A DNA stretch of 56,432 nt from a virus (taxonomy: Duplodnaviria; Caudoviricetes). A model generated the notes under the pieces. That model saw nothing but the letters and a program-made list of their open reading frames with translations, searched no databases and was not told the origin of the DNA. How positions within the stretch are numbered: position 1 is the stretch's first letter; the number at the start of each line of letters is the position of its first letter. The translations under genes and the position numbers were made by a program. Location: positions 1 through 56,432 of the IMG/VR virus record IMGVR_UViG_3300047552_000689. One strand, given 5' to 3'. Shown here piece by piece: positions 54,269 through 56,432 of the stretch.

Positions 54269-54875
54269 GCTCCTGGGCGCTGTCCCAGAGCAGGCGTTGA
54301 ACAACGCCATCGATGCCAACCACGCGCTGCTGAAGCGAGTGGAGAACTTGCGACACGAGCTCGACGCGGAGAAGCTGGTGACCGACCGCTTCATCTTCGC
54401 CGACTCGATGGACAAGAGCCTCGACGTGGAGATGAAGACCAACTACGTCGACCGATTGGACGTCACCTGGAAGTGGGGAATCGAGCGCCTCAGCATCCCC
54501 ATTCCGCGCAACGGCCTCACTGGAGACGATCGGGAGAAGCTCAAGCAGCGTGTCAAGACTGCGATGCTGACCCGGCTTGTCAACGCCATATCCGGTATAG
54601 GAATCTCAATCTCTACTGGAGCTCACAATCATTCCGACGGGGAAGGACAAGATGTCAAACAATCAGCTGACACCAGCTCAGGCAAAGGTCGTGTGGGAAA
54701 GAATATTTCCAAACACACCCTTCCCTCCGATCGGATGGCCACTGCTGTTCCAGTCTCTCGAAAGACAGCATCCAATGCGTCTCGGGTTCGAGGTCGGAAG
54801 GCTGCTGCATCCAAGCAAGTACATCGAGCTCGAGGTGGCAAAGCCTCCAGCTCCAAGCGGAGTGTGAAGGGCTAG
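54249..54875 (+). CDS. hypothetical protein with basic low-complexity tail
   Basis: AAGGAG RBS; C-terminal third fully contains ORF 54652-54867. Confidence 0.55.
   Translation: MKRKLLELLGAVPEQALNNAIDANHALLKRVENLRHELDAEKLVTDRFIFADSMDKSLDVEMKTNYVDRLDVTWKWGIERLSIPIPRNGLTGDDREKLKQRVKTAMLTRLVNAISGIGISISTGAHNHSDGEGQDVKQSADTSSGKGRVGKNISKHTLPSDRMATAVPVSRKTASNASRVRGRKAAASKQVHRARGGKASSSKRSVKG
54652..54867 (+). CDS. hypothetical protein nested in another frame
   Basis: GAAGGA RBS, ATG, globular-looking sequence. Confidence 0.45.
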   Translation: MSNNQLTPAQAKVVWERIFPNTPFPPIGWPLLFQSLERQHPMRLGFEVGRLLHPSKYIELEVAKPPAPSGV

Positions 54876-54904
54876 GTCCTCTTGCCTCGTCCCAGAGCAT
54901 CCCT

Positions 54905-55110
54905 GCTAGTCGCGCGCCCCTCTCCCGGCCTACGCCGCCATCCTAGAGGGTGGAAGGCTAATCCTGCGAGAGGGGCCGATCTAGGCAGCCATGGCTGCTG
55001 GATTCAGCGACCGCTAGATCCCAGTCTTCTGCGATCTAACCGCCCAACCCGGTTGTCCCCTGATTGTCAGGGGGCCACCATAGTCTCACATCGGCACTAC
55101 CGCCGAGAGG
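54905..55110. ncRNA. candidate structured RNA / leader
   Basis: Multiple consecutive stems in the largest non-coding gap of the right arm. Confidence 0.3.
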
Positions 55111-55124
55111 AAATGGAGCGAGAC

Positions 55125-55526
55125 ATGGAATATACAATCAAGATGGTCAAGACTCTGGAGCCGAAGCGCATCCAAGATCTTGTCATCGGCTTCGTCGAGA
55201 GCGGCTACTCCCCCTGGTGCCAGAAGGTCCGGTTCTTCTCCTGGGACGAGAGCAACGAGCCTCACGAGGTTCCCTATGGGACAGTCATCGACGACAGCGC
55301 CGACTTCTTCAAGACGCGCTGGAGCATGGAGCTCCTCGTGGAGAATCCCAAGAGCGACGGGCCTGACTATATCACCGTGCGCGTGGGCTGGAAGAAGCTG
55401 AAGTGGGCCTTCGAGCGCGAGGCGATCCGGAGGCACGTGAGCGACTTCCTCGACGAGAACGACGACGCGAACACATACGACTGCATCATCCAGACGGCAG
55501 TCTTCAAGGAGGTTGTCTATGGCTGA
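55125..55526 (+). CDS. conserved phage hypothetical protein
   Basis: GGAG RBS; C-terminal DA...D.IIQ.AVF.EVVYG. Confidence 0.65.
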   Translation: MEYTIKMVKTLEPKRIQDLVIGFVESGYSPWCQKVRFFSWDESNEPHEVPYGTVIDDSADFFKTRWSMELLVENPKSDGPDYITVRVGWKKLKWAFEREAIRRHVSDFLDENDDANTYDCIIQTAVFKEVVYG

Positions 55527-55722
55527 TGTCAAGTACCCACACATCACCGTCCAGCTCACAGGCGAGGACGGGAACGCCTTCTTCATCATCAGCCGCGTGC
55601 GCGTGGCCTTGAAGAAGAACAAGGTGCCCCAACCAGAGATCACGGCCTTCATGAACGAGGCCATGAGCGGTGACTACCAGCACGTCCTATCAACTGTTCA
55701 GAAATGGGTGAACGTCCAATGA
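55519..55722 (+). CDS. conserved small phage protein
   Basis: L.GEDGNAF.I..RV..AL...AMSGDY..VL; AGGAGG RBS. Confidence 0.7.
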   Translation: MADVKYPHITVQLTGEDGNAFFIISRVRVALKKNKVPQPEITAFMNEAMSGDYQHVLSTVQKWVNVQ

Positions 55723-56150
55723 CACAGCTTCCGAAGATTACCACAGATCGCATCAACAGTTTCTTGGAGAAAGCCAGGGTGGCAATGATCCAGGGAGCAG
55801 AGCACGGGATCAAGATTGGCCAGCGCGACGTTGAGATGAATATCTCCATTCGAGAGAGAATCCCACTCACAGAGCGACCAATCATATCCGCCTACACATT
55901 GATGAGCCTGTTGCTCAAGGGCAGGTTCCGGCCGATGACCGCTGACAGAAGGCAGAGCTTCCAAGGAGCAGAGGGCCACACCTTCTACTACGAGACAGCG
56001 GATGACTTGATCGTGGCCGACTTGTGTAATGGGTGCACGACCTTCGAGATCTACGACGCCGACAGCGTCGAGTCTGGTGCCCGTCAAAGTCTCCAACTCT
56101 GGCACGACAATCTAGACTCGGAGCTAGCATCGCTCCGGACAACCCCCTAG
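55719..56150 (+). CDS. hypothetical protein
   Basis: ATGA coupling; 143 aa. Confidence 0.55.
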   Translation: MTQLPKITTDRINSFLEKARVAMIQGAEHGIKIGQRDVEMNISIRERIPLTERPIISAYTLMSLLLKGRFRPMTADRRQSFQGAEGHTFYYETADDLIVADLCNGCTTFEIYDADSVESGARQSLQLWHDNLDSELASLRTTP

Positions 56151-56208
56151 TCCTGAGATTATCAGCGGGGCAAGCTAGTCACAGTGGCACTTCCGCCACA
56201 TGGAGGAC

Positions 56209-56432
56209 ATGATGAAGTACCGTTTGATCTACATTTGTCGAGAGGAGCGTGGAGGCCGTGCTCAGTGCGTCTACGATCGCGACTGGGAGGGGCTCGACTT
56301 CGCGAAAGGCTTCTGCGCCTCGTACCACCAGATGTTCGGTCATCAGCACCTTGGCGTTCCTCACATCCTCGATGTGAAGCACGGGATCTGGTACTGGTGG
56401 GATGGCGTCGCCTTCCAGGACGTCTGCGGCGA
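56209..56432 (+). CDS. hypothetical protein, truncated by window edge
   Basis: GGAGG RBS; MMKYRLIYICREE... stays open to the last base. Confidence 0.55.
   Translation, partial: MMKYRLIYICREERGGRAQCVYDRDWEGLDFAKGFCASYHQMFGHQHLGVPHILDVKHGIWYWWDGVAFQDVCG

Noticed and set aside
1-56432. CRISPR array, tRNA genes, or a diversity-generating retroelement
   Set aside because: No spaced direct repeats, cloverleaf/T-loop signatures, reverse transcriptase or near-identical TR/VR pair found by eye; the tail paralogs are too diverged
56209-56432. Terminal repeat or circular overlap with position 1
   Set aside because: Ends share no sequence and the last ORF is open at the edge; completeness is unsupported

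Overview
A near-complete, GC-rich tailed dsDNA phage genome with siphovirus architecture and YuA/M6/PaMx11-like gene content. It is cut off inside an ORF at the right edge. Almost all genes are on the + strand. Order: a compositionally distinct ~870-bp left cassette (sigma70-like promoter, two exact CtrA boxes, wHTH-like gene); a short minus-strand operon of small genes; terminase, portal, scaffold, major capsid, head-tail, tail tube, frameshifted chaperones, tape measure and a GTA-type tail tip; tail fibre and two paralogous lectin-like proteins; lysis genes; a T5 A1-like metallophosphoesterase; a putative origin; SNF2 and RecD-like helicases and an SSB-like protein; class II RNR; a UDG-like gene; a full thymidine-hypermodification cluster (amino-acid:DNA transferase, FAD oxidoreductase, GNAT, P-loop kinase, 5-hmdU DNA kinase, dUMP hydroxymethylase, HD hydrolase, DUF3310, dCMP deaminase); PolA, a nuclease, a primase-helicase and small early-type genes. 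I saw no integrase, tRNA, CRISPR array or small terminase. CtrA boxes and the GTA-like tail point to an alphaproteobacterial host (inference). Most interesting: (1) the CtrA-bracketed regulatory cassette with a palindromic promoter spacer; (2) the PaMx11-type T-hypermodification pathway with an extra UDG-fold gene; (3) apparent genome-wide absence of RCCGGY and CCCGGG; (4) a G-quadruplex/cruciform intergenic region; (5) a structured ~230-nt non-coding region and a recurring TRTCAG-N10-TA promoter-like motif. Family calls come from motif recognition by eye, not database searches.
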